A stretch of 64,000 bases of DNA from an uncultured cyanobacterium (GTDB lineage Bacteria > Cyanobacteriota > Cyanobacteriia > PCC-9006 > JAAUQQ01), in NCBI GenBank assembly GCA_963718615.1, contig OY970368.1:5920001-5984000 (forward strand), given 5' to 3'. The translations under genes and the position numbers were made by a program. Of this stretch, positions 44,241-55,099 are shown piece by piece (within the stretch, counting starts at the first letter, position 1; each line of letters starts with the position of its first letter). The notes beneath the pieces were generated by a model. The model saw only the letters and a program-made list of their open reading frames with translations, searched no databases and was not told the origin of the DNA.

Positions 44241-44693
44241 ATGAACAAAACCTATCTCCCTCCCCAATCTGCAATTGAACGGAAATGGTACGTCGTTGAT
44301 GCGGCGGACCAGCGCCTAGGCCGTCTCTCCACGGAGATTGCGGCGACCCTGCGCGGCAAGAAAAAGCCCATTTTTACGCCCCACTTGGATACCGGTGACT
44401 TCGTGGTGGTGATTAATGCCGAAAAAGTGACGGTAACCGGCAATAAGGGTCAGCAAAAACTCTATCGTCGTCACTCCGGTCGTCCCGGCGGCATGAAAAC
44501 CGAAACTTTTGACAAGCTCCAAGCTCGCATTCCCGAGCGCATTATTGAGCAAGCCGTCAAAGGGATGCTGCCCAAGAATACCCTAGGGCGTCAGCTCTTT
44601 CGGAAGCTCAAAGTCTATGCTGGACCTGAGCATCCCCACGCCGCTCAGAATCCCGAACCCTTAGTCATCAATACGATTCCAGGAGAACGCTAA
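44241..44693 (+). CDS. rplM: 50S ribosomal protein L13
   Basis: [22 protein letters not shown]; ATG at 44241. Confidence 0.97.
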   Translation: MNKTYLPPQSAIERKWYVVDAADQRLGRLSTEIAATLRGKKKPIFTPHLDTGDFVVVINAEKVTVTGNKGQQKLYRRHSGRPGGMKTETFDKLQARIPERIIEQAVKGMLPKNTLGRQLFRKLKVYAGPEHPHAAQNPEPLVINTIPGER

Positions 44694-44696
44694 ATC

Positions 44697-45110
44697 ATGC
44701 AGGCAACGGATCAATCCAACACCGCCGTTTATTGGGGTACCGGTCGTCGCAAGACCTCAGTGGCGCGGGTGCGTTTGGTTCCCGGTACGGGGGCCATGAA
44801 GATCAATGGTCGTGAGGGCCAAGAATACCTTCAGTTCAATCCTTCCTACCTCAACTCGGCCAAGGCTCCCTTGGAAACCCTGGGACTTGAAGGGGAATAT
44901 GACATTTTGGTGAATGTTTTCGGGGGCGGTCTGACCGGCCAATCCGATGCCATCAAACTAGGAGTGGCCCGTGCCCTTTGCGAACTGGATCCCGATAACC
45001 GTAAGCCCCTAAAGGTGGAAGGCTATCTCACCCGTGATCCCCGAGCTAAGGAACGGAAGAAGTACGGTTTGCGCAAAGCCCGGAAAGCACCGCAGTACTC
45101 GAAGCGTTAA
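44697..45110 (+). CDS. rpsI: 30S ribosomal protein S9
   Basis: [19 protein letters not shown]. Confidence 0.98.
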   Translation: MQATDQSNTAVYWGTGRRKTSVARVRLVPGTGAMKINGREGQEYLQFNPSYLNSAKAPLETLGLEGEYDILVNVFGGGLTGQSDAIKLGVARALCELDPDNRKPLKVEGYLTRDPRAKERKKYGLRKARKAPQYSKR

Positions 45111-45164
45111 GGAATTGCCGGGTTGCGTAAGGGAAGTGAGGCAATTTGATTTTTGGAGGCAATT

Positions 45165-45398
45165 ATGGCAAAGGCAGAGATTCATCCCCAGTGGTATCCC
45201 GACGCGAAAGTCTACTGTAATGGCGAATTGGTCATGACCGTTGGGTCGACCAAGCCGGAACTGCATGTAGATGTATGGTCGGGGAACCATCCCTTTTATA
45301 CAGGAACGCAAAAAATTATTGATACGGAAGGTCGTGTGGAACGCTTTATGCGGAAATACGGCATGTTTGAGGCTCCGGCTCAAGCAGAAAACGGCTAG
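45165..45398 (+). CDS. rpmE: 50S ribosomal protein L31
   Basis: IHPQWY, HPFYTG, GRVERF; GGAGG RBS. Confidence 0.97.
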   Translation: MAKAEIHPQWYPDAKVYCNGELVMTVGSTKPELHVDVWSGNHPFYTGTQKIIDTEGRVERFMRKYGMFEAPAQAENG

Positions 45399-45450
45399 AC
45401 ATGACGGGGCGAGGGGGCGATCGCCATCACCCCTTCGTCAATCGTTTAAA

Positions 45451-45482
45451 GTGGGCTAAGCTCTGTCGAAGCCCACATTTTT
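45451..45482 (+). terminator. Putative intrinsic terminator after rpmE
   Basis: GTGGGCT...AGCCCAC stem followed by ATTTTT. Confidence 0.55.
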
Positions 45483-45564
45483 CATAGCTATTGATTGCAT
45501 CGTTAGATTGCATGGCTATGAATGCTCCCTAGCTTGAGCGACTCGTTTTTTAGGTCTAATCGTC

Positions 45565-46662
45565 ATGGCTGAAGCGTATTTACTCGACAAACTGAAGTCC
45601 GTCGAAGAAACCTTTCACGAACTCACTCGCAAAATGGCGGATCCAGATATCGCCAGCCAGCCGGGCGAGTTTCAGCGCGTGGCGAAGGCCCGTGCGGATC
45701 TAGAAGAAGTTGTGACGACCTATGAAACCTGGAAACAGACGGTTTCAGATCTAGAGGGTGCCAAGCAGGTCCTGAAAGAGGCAGCCAATGATCTGGAAAT
45801 GCGAGAAATGGCCAAGCTCGAAGTGGAAGAACTCCAGGAAAAGCTGCCTGGGTTGGAAGACCGCCTTAAAATTTTGCTGCTGCCTCGGGACCCTAACGAC
45901 GATAAAAATATCATGTTGGAAATCCGGGCCGGCGCTGGCGGGGACGAAGCCGGAATTTGGGCCGGGGATTTGCTCAATCTCTACATGCGCTATGCGGCGA
46001 GCCAAGGGTGGCGTGTCAGTTTGGTGAGTGAATCTATTGGAGATATGGGGGGCTATAGCGAAGTCATTGTTGAAGTCACGGGAGAACAAGTTTTTAGCAA
46101 ACTGAAATATGAAGCGGGGGTGCACCGAGTTCAGCGAGTGCCAAAGACCGAATCGGGAGGGCGCGTCCATACTTCAACAGCAACGGTGGCGATTATGCCG
46201 GAAGTTGATGAGGTAGAAGTTGAAATTGATCCCAAGGATATCGAGATGAAAACGGCTCGCTCCGGCGGTGCAGGCGGGCAGAATGTTAACAAAGTGGAAA
46301 CGGCGGTGGATTTGATCCACAAGCCAACGGGGATTCGGGTATTTTGTACGGAGGAGCGATCGCAGCTCCAAAACCGCGAGCGGGCCATGCAGATTTTGCG
46401 GGCCAAGCTTTACGAAATCAAACTCCAAGAACAACAGGCCGCCGAGCGATCGAAGCGACTCTCGCAAGTGGGAACCGGGTCACGGGCAGAAAAAATTCGC
46501 ACCTATAATTACAAAGACAACCGCGTCACCGACCATCGCCTTAATCAAAACTTCCCGCTCAACAGTGTCCTGGAAGGCGAACTTGAGTCCGTGTTGCAGT
46601 CTTGCATTGGGAAAGATCAGCAGGCAATGTTGGTGGAACTGGCTGAACAGATGAATAATTAA
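45565..46662 (+). CDS. prfA: Peptide chain release factor 1
   Basis: RF1-type PxT motif (VPKTES), [14 protein letters not shown]. Confidence 0.97.
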   Translation: MAEAYLLDKLKSVEETFHELTRKMADPDIASQPGEFQRVAKARADLEEVVTTYETWKQTVSDLEGAKQVLKEAANDLEMREMAKLEVEELQEKLPGLEDRLKILLLPRDPNDDKNIMLEIRAGAGGDEAGIWAGDLLNLYMRYAASQGWRVSLVSESIGDMGGYSEVIVEVTGEQVFSKLKYEAGVHRVQRVPKTESGGRVHTSTATVAIMPEVDEVEVEIDPKDIEMKTARSGGAGGQNVNKVETAVDLIHKPTGIRVFCTEERSQLQNRERAMQILRAKLYEIKLQEQQAAERSKRLSQVGTGSRAEKIRTYNYKDNRVTDHRLNQNFPLNSVLEGELESVLQSCIGKDQQAMLVELAEQMNN

Positions 46663-46685
46663 CAGTGAATCACGACTGTGAATCA

Positions 46686-47858
46686 TTAAGGCCGAGCGGC
46701 GACGGTGGGGAAGAGGGCTTGGAAATCGCGATCGCGCCGTCCCAAAGTTTCATAGAAAAAGAAGGCCACCCCACCCAGCTTGGCCTTTCTTACGCTCTCA
46801 ACTTGGGTTTCGATCTGCTTGATCGGAATCTCTCGACCTTTGAGACCCACCAGAATACCAATGCCTGTAGGAATATGGCCTTGAGCTTTTTGGACCGTGG
46901 GGTGATTCAGCTCCGCAAGAAATCGAGGTAAGTCACTGCGATAAACTTGTACGATCAACTCCTCGATATAGCCTTCGCGCTCCCAACGCTGCCAGTCTTG
47001 CAAATAGGTTGTGTAGGCAAATTCGTGGGGGTTGGGGGCAAGGGAAACAATGGCATTGGGTTTGAGCGCTTTGACCGTATGGAAGAGTTGTGTCACAAAT
47101 ACACTGATCTTGTCGGCTCGCCAGCGAATCCATTCCGGATCATTAGGATCCTGAGGCGGGCGCTGACCCTTGTGCTCTCGTTGATAGAGTCTCGTTGTGT
47201 AGGCATCATAGCCAAAGTCGACGGGGAGGCCAAGATGGTCATCAAACTGAATCCCATCTACGTCGTAATGGGTGAGAATTTCTGCAACTAGAGCAATTAA
47301 AAATTGCTGAACTTGGGGATGAAAAGGACTGAGCCAACGGCGAGGAATGCGTTGCCCCTCTAGCCAAATATCGCTGCCATCGGCACGACGGGCAATCCAG
47401 TCGGGATGGCTTTGCGCCAGCGGTGTTACCTCCGGCAGCATAAAGCCAAACTCTAGCCAGGGAATGACCGCGAGTCCTAACCGATGCCCTTCCGTAACTG
47501 CCTCTGCCAGCATGTCTCGGCCTTGTAGGCCCGGTTCTGGATCTAGAGATGCTCCCACAACAGCTTGGGCAACTTTGCTGGGATAGAGCGTATAGCCATT
47601 GTTCAGCACGGTGGGGTAGATGGTGTTGAAACGCATCCGCTGTAGCCGTTCGAGCCCTTGTTTCAACCTAAGCTTGGAAAACAGCACATCGCTGTCAATA
47701 TTGGTGAGCCAGACTCCCCGCAGCTCCGGTTGGGTCGGCGAAGCGACTGACCGAGGTGCGGACTGAGCCCATAGGGATGCTGGGGATAGGATGCTCAACA
47801 GGCCCAAGATGAGGAGGGTGATGAGGGCAAACCGGGAGAGGCGGTGACGAAAACGCAT
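46686..47858 (-). CDS. Secreted glycoside hydrolase-like 10 (DUF187) protein
   Basis: Signal peptide; ELRGVWL, IPWLEFG, YDVDGIQFDDH, LQDW. Confidence 0.85.
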   Translation of the reverse strand: MRFRHRLSRFALITLLILGLLSILSPASLWAQSAPRSVASPTQPELRGVWLTNIDSDVLFSKLRLKQGLERLQRMRFNTIYPTVLNNGYTLYPSKVAQAVVGASLDPEPGLQGRDMLAEAVTEGHRLGLAVIPWLEFGFMLPEVTPLAQSHPDWIARRADGSDIWLEGQRIPRRWLSPFHPQVQQFLIALVAEILTHYDVDGIQFDDHLGLPVDFGYDAYTTRLYQREHKGQRPPQDPNDPEWIRWRADKISVFVTQLFHTVKALKPNAIVSLAPNPHEFAYTTYLQDWQRWEREGYIEELIVQVYRSDLPRFLAELNHPTVQKAQGHIPTGIGILVGLKGREIPIKQIETQVESVRKAKLGGVAFFFYETLGRRDRDFQALFPTVAARP

Positions 47859-48000
47859 AAACTCGGCGGCGTAGAAGCTGCGGTGTAGAGGCTGCTAATT
47901 CTGACAGTAGTAGGGAAGGACGAGTTCCTGATAGCGCTTCTTAAAATCAACCACGCCCATCAAAATCCATAAAATCAAAACCCGCAAAATCAAAACCCGC

Positions 48001-48038
48001 AAAAAAGAGACCCACCTCAATAGAATTTGAAGCGGGCC
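48001..48038 (-). terminator. Intrinsic terminator of the PP2C/CHAT cluster
   Basis: Minus strand GGCCCGCTTCAA...TTGAGGTGGGTC stem then TCTTTTTT. Confidence 0.65.
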
Positions 48039-48085
48039 TAATCTAGGCGTTAGGCTCCCCAGAGATTGGCTGGGATTCCCCCAAT

Positions 48086-48697
48086 TTAGTTGCGACGATT
48101 TTCCTGTTCAGTGAGCATCCACCGGGCGATCGCCATCGCCAGTCGTCCCTGCTCCACTTCCGAGAGTTCTTCCCAGTCGAGATCTTCGGGCAGTTCGGGT
48201 TCCTTGCCCCGCATCGCGTAGGCATAGGGACGGGCCAATACCTGTAAATCTTCGGCATCCCATTGGGGAAGACAATCCTGCACACAAGCCACAAGGCGAT
48301 CGACCGCTGACAGTTGGCTATCCATCAGATGGTCAACCTGCTCAAGCATCTTTGCGATCGCCCCTTGGGGAACCCGCAACGTCCGCCCCGCCAATTGCTG
48401 AATCACATCGCTAAGGCTGAGCTGTTCAGATTGAGCGGCTTCCATGGGGACATCGGGAGCAGCCCAAAGACCCTCCAAACTCGAAAAAAAAGCATCTGCC
48501 TCCGGTTCCGGAAACTCCATCTCGGGGACATGGGCCTCAAGGCTCTGGAGATAATTCTCAGCGGCTTCAGGATTCCAGGGATAGGGCGAATCGGCATGGA
48601 GCTCAGATTCGAGAATACGTTGGAGAAGTTCTGCTTTCGCGATCATGCGCGTCTGGGAAAGGGATAGTGGGGAATTATGCAAGGGGTTACGGTTCAT
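48086..48697 (-). CDS. Conserved cyanobacterial hypothetical protein, possibly PatU3-like
   Basis: Acidic helical 203-aa ORF with YPWNP, EDLQVLARPYAYAMRG and WEELSEVEQGRL; PatU3 likeness is from recalled pattern only. Confidence 0.6.
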   Translation of the reverse strand: MNRNPLHNSPLSLSQTRMIAKAELLQRILESELHADSPYPWNPEAAENYLQSLEAHVPEMEFPEPEADAFFSSLEGLWAAPDVPMEAAQSEQLSLSDVIQQLAGRTLRVPQGAIAKMLEQVDHLMDSQLSAVDRLVACVQDCLPQWDAEDLQVLARPYAYAMRGKEPELPEDLDWEELSEVEQGRLAMAIARWMLTEQENRRN

Positions 48698-48924
48698 AGC
48701 CCAACTCCGGGGAACACAGTCTTGAGGATGGCCTTTGGTGGCATTTTAGCGAGGAGATCGAGGGATGGAAAACAGTGGCTAAACTGCTTCTGGATGGGGG
48801 GTAAAGCCTCAGGGTTATCCCCCCAACTTCGATAACAAGGACTACAGAGAAGACTCAGGGAATTTCGCACGAATCAAGGTCCAAACGGGAAATAGATTAG
48901 GCCGAGTAAGTGGAAGAGGGTCAT

Positions 48925-48975
48925 AGGGTGAAGGGGTCAGGGGTGAAGGGGTCAGGGGTAACGGGGTTAGGGGTT
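48925..48975. repeat. Short tandem repeats (GGGGTGAA/GGGGTCA type) at a gene 3' end
   Basis: AGGGTGAAGGGGTCAGGGGTGAAGGGGTCAGGGGTAACGGGGTTAGGGG. Confidence 0.75.
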
Positions 48976-48976
48976 G

Positions 48977-50599
48977 TTAATAGTGAGTATCTCCATCTTG
49001 AAAGGTTTGAATAATGAATTCCAGGGTTTGCCCCTGGGTACTGCCCAGCCGCAATTGGGTGCCTGGCTGAAGTGCAATTTCTTGGTGATGCACCCGCTGC
49101 CAACCTTCCCGGCCTGCAATCAGCGTGCCGTACCGGGAAAAATCCCGGAGAAAATAGGTTGGCGCTTCGTCACCCATGCCGACTCGGCAAATAATTTCGG
49201 CATGTTTTTGGGACACCCAAGGCTCCTGAACGACTACATCATTTTCAGGACGACGGCCTACCCGCATCAACCCGCCTCGAATACTCCAAACCTTGAGCGG
49301 ATCGTTGAGCATACGCACCTGAGCTAAGGGCCAGCGGGATTCATGCCATTGGGTGGTTGAGTTGGTGGTCGGCAGCTCGGTTTTGCCTTCTAGGGGCTGC
49401 ATCACTTCCCCGTTAAATTCAGGGTGCATATACAGCACCGGTAGGGTCCAGCCCGGTTGGTTGAATTTGTAGAGAGTGAGTAGTTGCTGGCGGGCCATGG
49501 CGATTGCTTGATCGACGGGGGCGCGATCGCTCAACGCCTGGGAAAAAGCTTCCACAAAACAAAGGGCTTCTTCATCGGCGATCGAATCTCGCATCCCCAC
49601 AACGGCAGGAACCCCATGGTGAATCAAAACCTCTGCCAAACTACTGCGGGGAACCGTTTGGGCTATCCCCGTGGCCTCATCTACCATTGTGTAGGGCTGG
49701 GCACCCCAACAGGCATTGAAAATCGCCACGGCCACCTGGCAGCGCGTCAGCACCTGGGCCAATTCCGTACCGCTGAGGGTGATTTGGGGAGCCAGCAAGA
49801 CCCGACCGCCATCGGGGGCCGGAACCCCATGACCGGCATAAAAGAAAATGGTGTAGCCCCCTTGCTCCAGTTGGGTTACGAGTTCCGCTGGGCTCGGTTG
49901 GATGAGCATATCCACCTGACAAGAGGTGGAAAATCCCGTTCCACCGGGTTTGAGCTGGCTCGGATGTTGCAGATGCTCGGCAATAATGCGGGCTTCCTGT
50001 TCGAGTTGCAGAGCTGGAATCTCTGCCTCCCCCGCTTGACCCAGGACCAAAAGCACCTTCAGGACTTGGGTCAGGCGGGGGGGCATGAGCGGATCGACAT
50101 CGCTCGTGGTGCGGCTAAAGAGAATCTGCTGACTCAGTGACAGGGCCTGTTTCCCCACTTGGGGCTGCATAATTTCCCAGGGCAAGCGGGCCAATTCAGG
50201 GTCCCGTAGTTCTAGCCGCAGCCGTAAGGGCTTGCCCTGGCCCATGGCAATGCCTAAGCTTTGGCTATAGGCCGTGTGAATCGAACCATGGAAGAGCCAC
50301 TGCCAGAGCTGCAGGCCAAAATGCTGCATCAAACGGCTGCTGTAGCTGCCTTCCATCTCCGTCAAGGAAAGATCAAGACGGTCTAGGTCTTCCGGCAAAC
50401 CCTGGGTAATTTCTGGGGAGGCAAACAACGCGGCCCAAGCATGCCAAGCCTGACTGAGGGGCTCGGGCCACAGCCGATCGTGGTGAACATAGCCACCGGG
50501 ATAGGGCGCTTGCACAACCCATGTGGCCCAGTGCCCCGGACTCGAAGCCTGGAGCGGGGCGATCGCAACATTCAAACAGGGATTCTCAAACCCAATCAT
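48977..50599 (-). CDS. HetF-like CHAT protease with C-terminal FHA domain
   Basis: LRLRL...LARLPWE, FYAGHG, FNACWGA dyad, WTLPVLY; FHA motifs VGRRPENDV...VSQKHA...SRYGT. Confidence 0.88.
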   Translation of the reverse strand: MIGFENPCLNVAIAPLQASSPGHWATWVVQAPYPGGYVHHDRLWPEPLSQAWHAWAALFASPEITQGLPEDLDRLDLSLTEMEGSYSSRLMQHFGLQLWQWLFHGSIHTAYSQSLGIAMGQGKPLRLRLELRDPELARLPWEIMQPQVGKQALSLSQQILFSRTTSDVDPLMPPRLTQVLKVLLVLGQAGEAEIPALQLEQEARIIAEHLQHPSQLKPGGTGFSTSCQVDMLIQPSPAELVTQLEQGGYTIFFYAGHGVPAPDGGRVLLAPQITLSGTELAQVLTRCQVAVAIFNACWGAQPYTMVDEATGIAQTVPRSSLAEVLIHHGVPAVVGMRDSIADEEALCFVEAFSQALSDRAPVDQAIAMARQQLLTLYKFNQPGWTLPVLYMHPEFNGEVMQPLEGKTELPTTNSTTQWHESRWPLAQVRMLNDPLKVWSIRGGLMRVGRRPENDVVVQEPWVSQKHAEIICRVGMGDEAPTYFLRDFSRYGTLIAGREGWQRVHHQEIALQPGTQLRLGSTQGQTLEFIIQTFQDGDTHY

Positions 50600-52511
50600 G
50601 GAGGGGTCGGCTGGGGATAGGCTTCAAGGGATGGATCGACAGCAGCGGGGGACGGGGGGAAAGCTGAGCCGGTGTGGGTTCGGGTTCGGCCATGAGGGTT
50701 CTATGCAGGCCGTAACCGAGGGCGGAACAGAGGGCCAGTCCCCCCAGCAGCAGCACCAGTTTGGAGAGGAGAGAAAGACGCTGCGGTTGAGCGGAGCGGG
50801 GAACTTTGCTGCGAGGCGACCGCCGCCGGGGTTTTTGGCCGATCGTGGCATCTGACCCAGCCGGGAGCGAGATGGCTTCCAAAATTCGGACGAGAGCCGA
50901 GGCATCGGGAGGTTGGCGATCGCTCACCCGGTAATGCATCAAGGCAATGGTGGAATTGTCATGGCCATTGCGCTGATTCGCAACCTCCAACAGTTGGGAA
51001 GCTGCGAGGGCCACATTGACCGGTTGGGTAAAGATGGGGAGAAGGATGTGAGGCCAAACTTCGCTCACCCGTTCGTGGTCACTGAGGCCATCCGAGCATA
51101 GCAGCAGAACGGTCTCTTCCTCAAAAAAGAAGCGTTGCACCGTCGGACGCAGCACATTAGATGGCGTAATCCCAAGCGCCTGGGTCAGTGCCCCGGCACT
51201 GGAGGGACGGATGGCCTGACGATAAATGTTTTGGCCTTGGAGAACGGACTGGGATCCCACGTCGTCATCAACGGTGAGTTGCTGACAGCCCTGGGGGGTG
51301 ATGCGATAGATCCGGCTATCCCCCACGTGGCCGAGATAAAACAAATGGTTCATCAACCAAGTGGCAACTACGGTGGTGCCCATGCGCTGACGCTGGAGCC
51401 GTTTTTCTTGGTTGTTGCGATCCGTGAGCTGGTCGTTGGCCAAGTAAAAGGCCTTTTGCATGGCAAGGCCGGGGGGCGTGTTCTCCAGATTTTCCGGGGT
51501 TTGTAGGTAGCGATGGATCGTATCGGCTGCCATGCGGGCCGCCACTTCACCCCCATCGTGCCCCCCTAGCCCATCGCAGACGATCGTGATCGATTGCGGA
51601 CCCGAACGGGTCATGCGGAAGGTGCCGCCAGCGGGCAAACAGGCGTCTTCATTGTGGGAGCGATGGGGGCCTGAATCCGTACAGGTAGCCACTTGCAGGT
51701 CGGTGGTCAGGGTCTCTGCGGCGATCGCCAAGGCCCGATCCAAGCAAGCCACCAAAGACTCAGGGGTTTCAAAGCAACCGGCAATCAGGCGATCGCACAA
51801 CCCCCGCAAAAAGGGCCGCAAACTGCGATCCGCTGAATCAATCCAGTTTTGCCACAGCAGCCCCAATTGGGACAAATCCAAGTCCTCCCCCTGGGGATAC
51901 AACTCTAGGATGCGGACTAAACTACCATCAACCCGTAGATAATCCGGTTCTAGGAGCGTTTGGGCCACCCCTTCTTGATGGAGCGGACCCCACAGCCGAG
52001 CCAGTTGCCACAGCCAGCCCAACTGGCGATGGGGCGTGCTGGTAGACCATTGTTCTAGGAGCCCTGGCATGGGGAGGCCACCGGGGCTAGAGACCCCCTC
52101 AACGACGGCATGATCTCCATACAGGGGCGCGTCTTCTAGCAAAAAAACATTTGTTTGGTCCAAGCTCAGGAGCCCATAAACCTGAGGAATCGCGTGCCGA
52201 TAGTTGAGCAACCGCAGATAGGGCAAAAACACCTTAGGCAACTCTTGGCCCACATCGGGCACCTCCGGCAACATGCCAGGCTGGGTATCCAGAAGAACCC
52301 GGAGCTGGGGCGATCGCCCAGCACCATCCTCTACCACCCAATAGCGCTCACCGAGCAACTGTCCAGGTTCGAGTTTAGGCAGCGGTCCCACCGCCCAGAG
52401 ATAGCGACGAATTAAGGGAGTGCCGCACTGCTGACAGACCGAAGCATGCCCCTCATGGGGGGCCTGACAGCGGGGATTGGCGCAGTGAAGGGTAGATGGG
52501 GCTGTAGCCAT
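50586..52511 (-). CDS. PP2C-family Ser/Thr phosphatase with N-terminal 4-Cys ribbon, degenerate kinase-like region and C-terminal TM helix
   Basis: CANPRC...CQQC; RSHNED, CDGLGGH, VGDSR, CSDGL, GHDN; TM LVLLLGGLALCSALGYGL. Confidence 0.88.
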   Translation of the reverse strand: MATAPSTLHCANPRCQAPHEGHASVCQQCGTPLIRRYLWAVGPLPKLEPGQLLGERYWVVEDGAGRSPQLRVLLDTQPGMLPEVPDVGQELPKVFLPYLRLLNYRHAIPQVYGLLSLDQTNVFLLEDAPLYGDHAVVEGVSSPGGLPMPGLLEQWSTSTPHRQLGWLWQLARLWGPLHQEGVAQTLLEPDYLRVDGSLVRILELYPQGEDLDLSQLGLLWQNWIDSADRSLRPFLRGLCDRLIAGCFETPESLVACLDRALAIAAETLTTDLQVATCTDSGPHRSHNEDACLPAGGTFRMTRSGPQSITIVCDGLGGHDGGEVAARMAADTIHRYLQTPENLENTPPGLAMQKAFYLANDQLTDRNNQEKRLQRQRMGTTVVATWLMNHLFYLGHVGDSRIYRITPQGCQQLTVDDDVGSQSVLQGQNIYRQAIRPSSAGALTQALGITPSNVLRPTVQRFFFEEETVLLLCSDGLSDHERVSEVWPHILLPIFTQPVNVALAASQLLEVANQRNGHDNSTIALMHYRVSDRQPPDASALVRILEAISLPAGSDATIGQKPRRRSPRSKVPRSAQPQRLSLLSKLVLLLGGLALCSALGYGLHRTLMAEPEPTPAQLSPRPPLLSIHPLKPIPSRPLHDWV

Positions 52512-52592
52512 AGGACAGGTTAATCGCATCAGCGGAAATCACCGGGCAGCAGCGAAACAAGGGCTGGTCAACGTAACCTGCTGAATTTCCTT

Positions 52593-52934
52593 TTAGGATT
52601 CCCCAGAGACGACCTGAGGCAACCCCATGCTGTAGTTCAAAACCCGGCTATTCAGGTTATAGGCCACCTGTCCTTTTTGCAGCAGGTCGCGGATAAAGAG
52701 CTCCAGATCTGAACCAATCCGACGCAGGTTGTACTCGGTGAGATCGGCCCCAGCATTGGCTTCGACCAGTTCGTCAAACTTGCGGTATACCTGCTGCAAC
52801 GTTTCTTCGGGCCAGGTCAGCTCATTATCCGGATCCACATCAAGGGTCAGTACGTGATCGCTAGGGACAAACTCGCCATCTTGAACCTCAGCGGAAAAGA
52901 TGCGAACGTGGCGGGTGGTTGATTTTAGCAGCAT
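52593..52934 (-). CDS. ndhM: NAD(P)H-quinone oxidoreductase subunit M
   Basis: [41 protein letters not shown]; alternative start at 52970. Confidence 0.95.
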   Translation of the reverse strand: MLLKSTTRHVRIFSAEVQDGEFVPSDHVLTLDVDPDNELTWPEETLQQVYRKFDELVEANAGADLTEYNLRRIGSDLELFIRDLLQKGQVAYNLNSRVLNYSMGLPQVVSGES

Positions 52935-52992
52935 GGCCTTAGAAACGCACGACGGTTCTTCATTCTCCATTATGCAGGGGATTATAGACTGG

Positions 52993-54660
52993 CTAGTCCA
53001 TTTCCTCAGAATCAACTTCGCCTTGGTAGACCGGCAGCAACACCGAGAAGGTTGACCCTTGGCCGAGGCGGCTATTAACGGTGATCGAACCGCCGCAGCG
53101 CAGGAGCAGTTGTTGGACAATCGTGAGGCCTAGCCCCGCCCCGCCACAGTCTTCGCCATGGGTAGACCGGACGCGGTAGAACCGATTAAAAATTTTGGGA
53201 ATTTCGCCGGAGGCAATGCCGATGCCGGTGTCTTGGACATCAATTTGCACATAGTCGCCCTGGGGTTTGGCCCGCACCCAGACTCGACCTCCCTTATCGG
53301 TAAATTTGATACTGTTGTGGAGCAAGTTGACGATAATTTGCCGCAGCCAGGGCACGAGCGAAGACACCGCCGGTAGCGTATCGGGAATGGTGTAGGCCAA
53401 CATGATTTCTTTTTCTTGGGCCAAGGGCTGATAGGTGCTGACGACACCGGGCACAATTTCTGCCAAGGGCAGGGGCTGCATTGTGGTTTCACCCACCTGT
53501 TCGATTTGGGCGAGGTTGAGCAGGCCGCTAATGAGGGAGTTTTGGCGATCGCACTCCGTATTCAGCAACTGAATATACCGCTGCCGCTGATTGGTCTTCA
53601 AACTGGGAGAATTCAGCAGTGACAGCGCCGTTTTCATATTGGTGAGGGGCGTCCGCAGCTCCTGAACCACCATATTGAGAAATTCGTCCTTCAGCCGGAT
53701 CGCATTGATCAGCTCTTCGTGCTGAAGTTGGAGCGTTTCCGCCATTTCTGCCTGTTTGCGATAGGCGCTGACCCGTCGCCACAGCTCCTCCTGACGCTGG
53801 AGCTGCTTCATAATCAACTGATTGAGTAGATCCGTTTCGCGGGAGCTCTGGTCTGACAGCGTAAATAGCTGATCCCAATGCTGCAACAGGGCTTCAATAC
53901 TGATGCTGGCCTCACTGGTTTCTTGATAGGCCGCTGGTCCTCCCAACTTCACCCGCAAACTATTGGTGGGAACTCGCATCAGCGCTTGCTGGATTCCCTG
54001 GAGAATTTGGTGAACGACAGTTGCCCGACAGGAATAAAGCAACCGCAGTTGAGATTTGTTGTCGCCGCCCTCCTCTGGATTACCCACGACGGTTAAGAGT
54101 TCCGTCGTATCTTTGAGGCCCGTGGCCATGGGGGTGGCGGAGGCGGAGCTGTTCGTGCGTACTCGGCGGGCCAGAACCAACCCCTGAAACTTGGGAGAAA
54201 CCGCCATCAGAAAATATTCACCCCGCATCAGACTGCCGGGTTCCAACGGAATTGAAACCAGCGGCGTCATATTATTGCCCGACAGCCAGTCCACCCCTTC
54301 ATCGGAGAGGAGCTCTAGTCGACCGGGGGACGGGCTGCTCAGATTCAGCGGCAAAACCATTCCTTCGGTCTCGTCCTGACTGGCTTCGTAGTCCTGAGGC
54401 GAATAAAACGCAAAGGCAATTTGAGCGGCTTCGGACTGCTTGCAGTAGCGTTCTAGCTCTAGCTGCCAATTGCCCCCTCGGGGCAGTCGCGCCCAAAGCA
54501 CCGTCGGCATCCCCTGCTCGACCAGCAGATCGATAAAGCTAGTGATGGCCGACTTAAAGGTGGTGGCTCCGACTGGCAACGGCTGAAGGCTCGGATCTTC
54601 ATCCAGAACCATCTCATAGAGAGAAGTCCCCTCGAGACTTCCGCCTGTGAGGGTTGTCAT
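52993..54660 (-). CDS. DICT-domain sensor with histidine-kinase fold lacking the phospho-acceptor His
   Basis: DICT-like N-terminus ([17 protein letters not shown]); H-box QELRTPL; [22 protein letters not shown]; start at 54660 or 54723. Confidence 0.8.
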   Translation of the reverse strand: MTTLTGGSLEGTSLYEMVLDEDPSLQPLPVGATTFKSAITSFIDLLVEQGMPTVLWARLPRGGNWQLELERYCKQSEAAQIAFAFYSPQDYEASQDETEGMVLPLNLSSPSPGRLELLSDEGVDWLSGNNMTPLVSIPLEPGSLMRGEYFLMAVSPKFQGLVLARRVRTNSSASATPMATGLKDTTELLTVVGNPEEGGDNKSQLRLLYSCRATVVHQILQGIQQALMRVPTNSLRVKLGGPAAYQETSEASISIEALLQHWDQLFTLSDQSSRETDLLNQLIMKQLQRQEELWRRVSAYRKQAEMAETLQLQHEELINAIRLKDEFLNMVVQELRTPLTNMKTALSLLNSPSLKTNQRQRYIQLLNTECDRQNSLISGLLNLAQIEQVGETTMQPLPLAEIVPGVVSTYQPLAQEKEIMLAYTIPDTLPAVSSLVPWLRQIIVNLLHNSIKFTDKGGRVWVRAKPQGDYVQIDVQDTGIGIASGEIPKIFNRFYRVRSTHGEDCGGAGLGLTIVQQLLLRCGGSITVNSRLGQGSTFSVLLPVYQGEVDSEEMD

Positions 54661-55099
54661 GGGCAGTTCAGTGGAGAACGGAGACTGAAACAGTTGAGAT
54701 CTGGAGTGACTGGAGCTGACCACGTCGGTAACCTGTTGGGGGATTGTTCTAAACGTAATACGCTGGTGCTAAGGGATAAATTTTATACTTTATTCCCAGA
54801 AGGTGCACGGATTTGCTTGAGATACGGATTTGCTTGAGATGATGGATGAACCCTAGCGGAAGAGCAGGGGTGTCTAGTGCCCCTGTTTTAGAGGGAACCC
54901 AGAACAGGAGGGGGAATAACCCCTTGCGACAAAATTTTGTGTGGGGACGTTAGGGAATTGGGCAGGGCGTGTATATTAGACGGCGATCGAGTACGCTATG
55001 GCGAATTCTGATTGACGGTCCACGTTCCTGTTTCTCCAGTCTGTATTCTCAATCCGTCTGTTTTTCAATCCTGTCTGGTCACTCTGTCTGCTCCAACCT

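Noticed and set aside
29390-45398. Absence of rpsJ, rpsN, rpmD and rpsD from the ribosomal cluster
   Set aside because: This is the usual cyanobacterial arrangement and not a lesion
29342-46686. Many long minus-strand ORFs opposite ribosomal genes (e.g. 34273-35160, 43262-44044)
   Set aside because: Antisense shadows of highly conserved genes with no recognisable motifs
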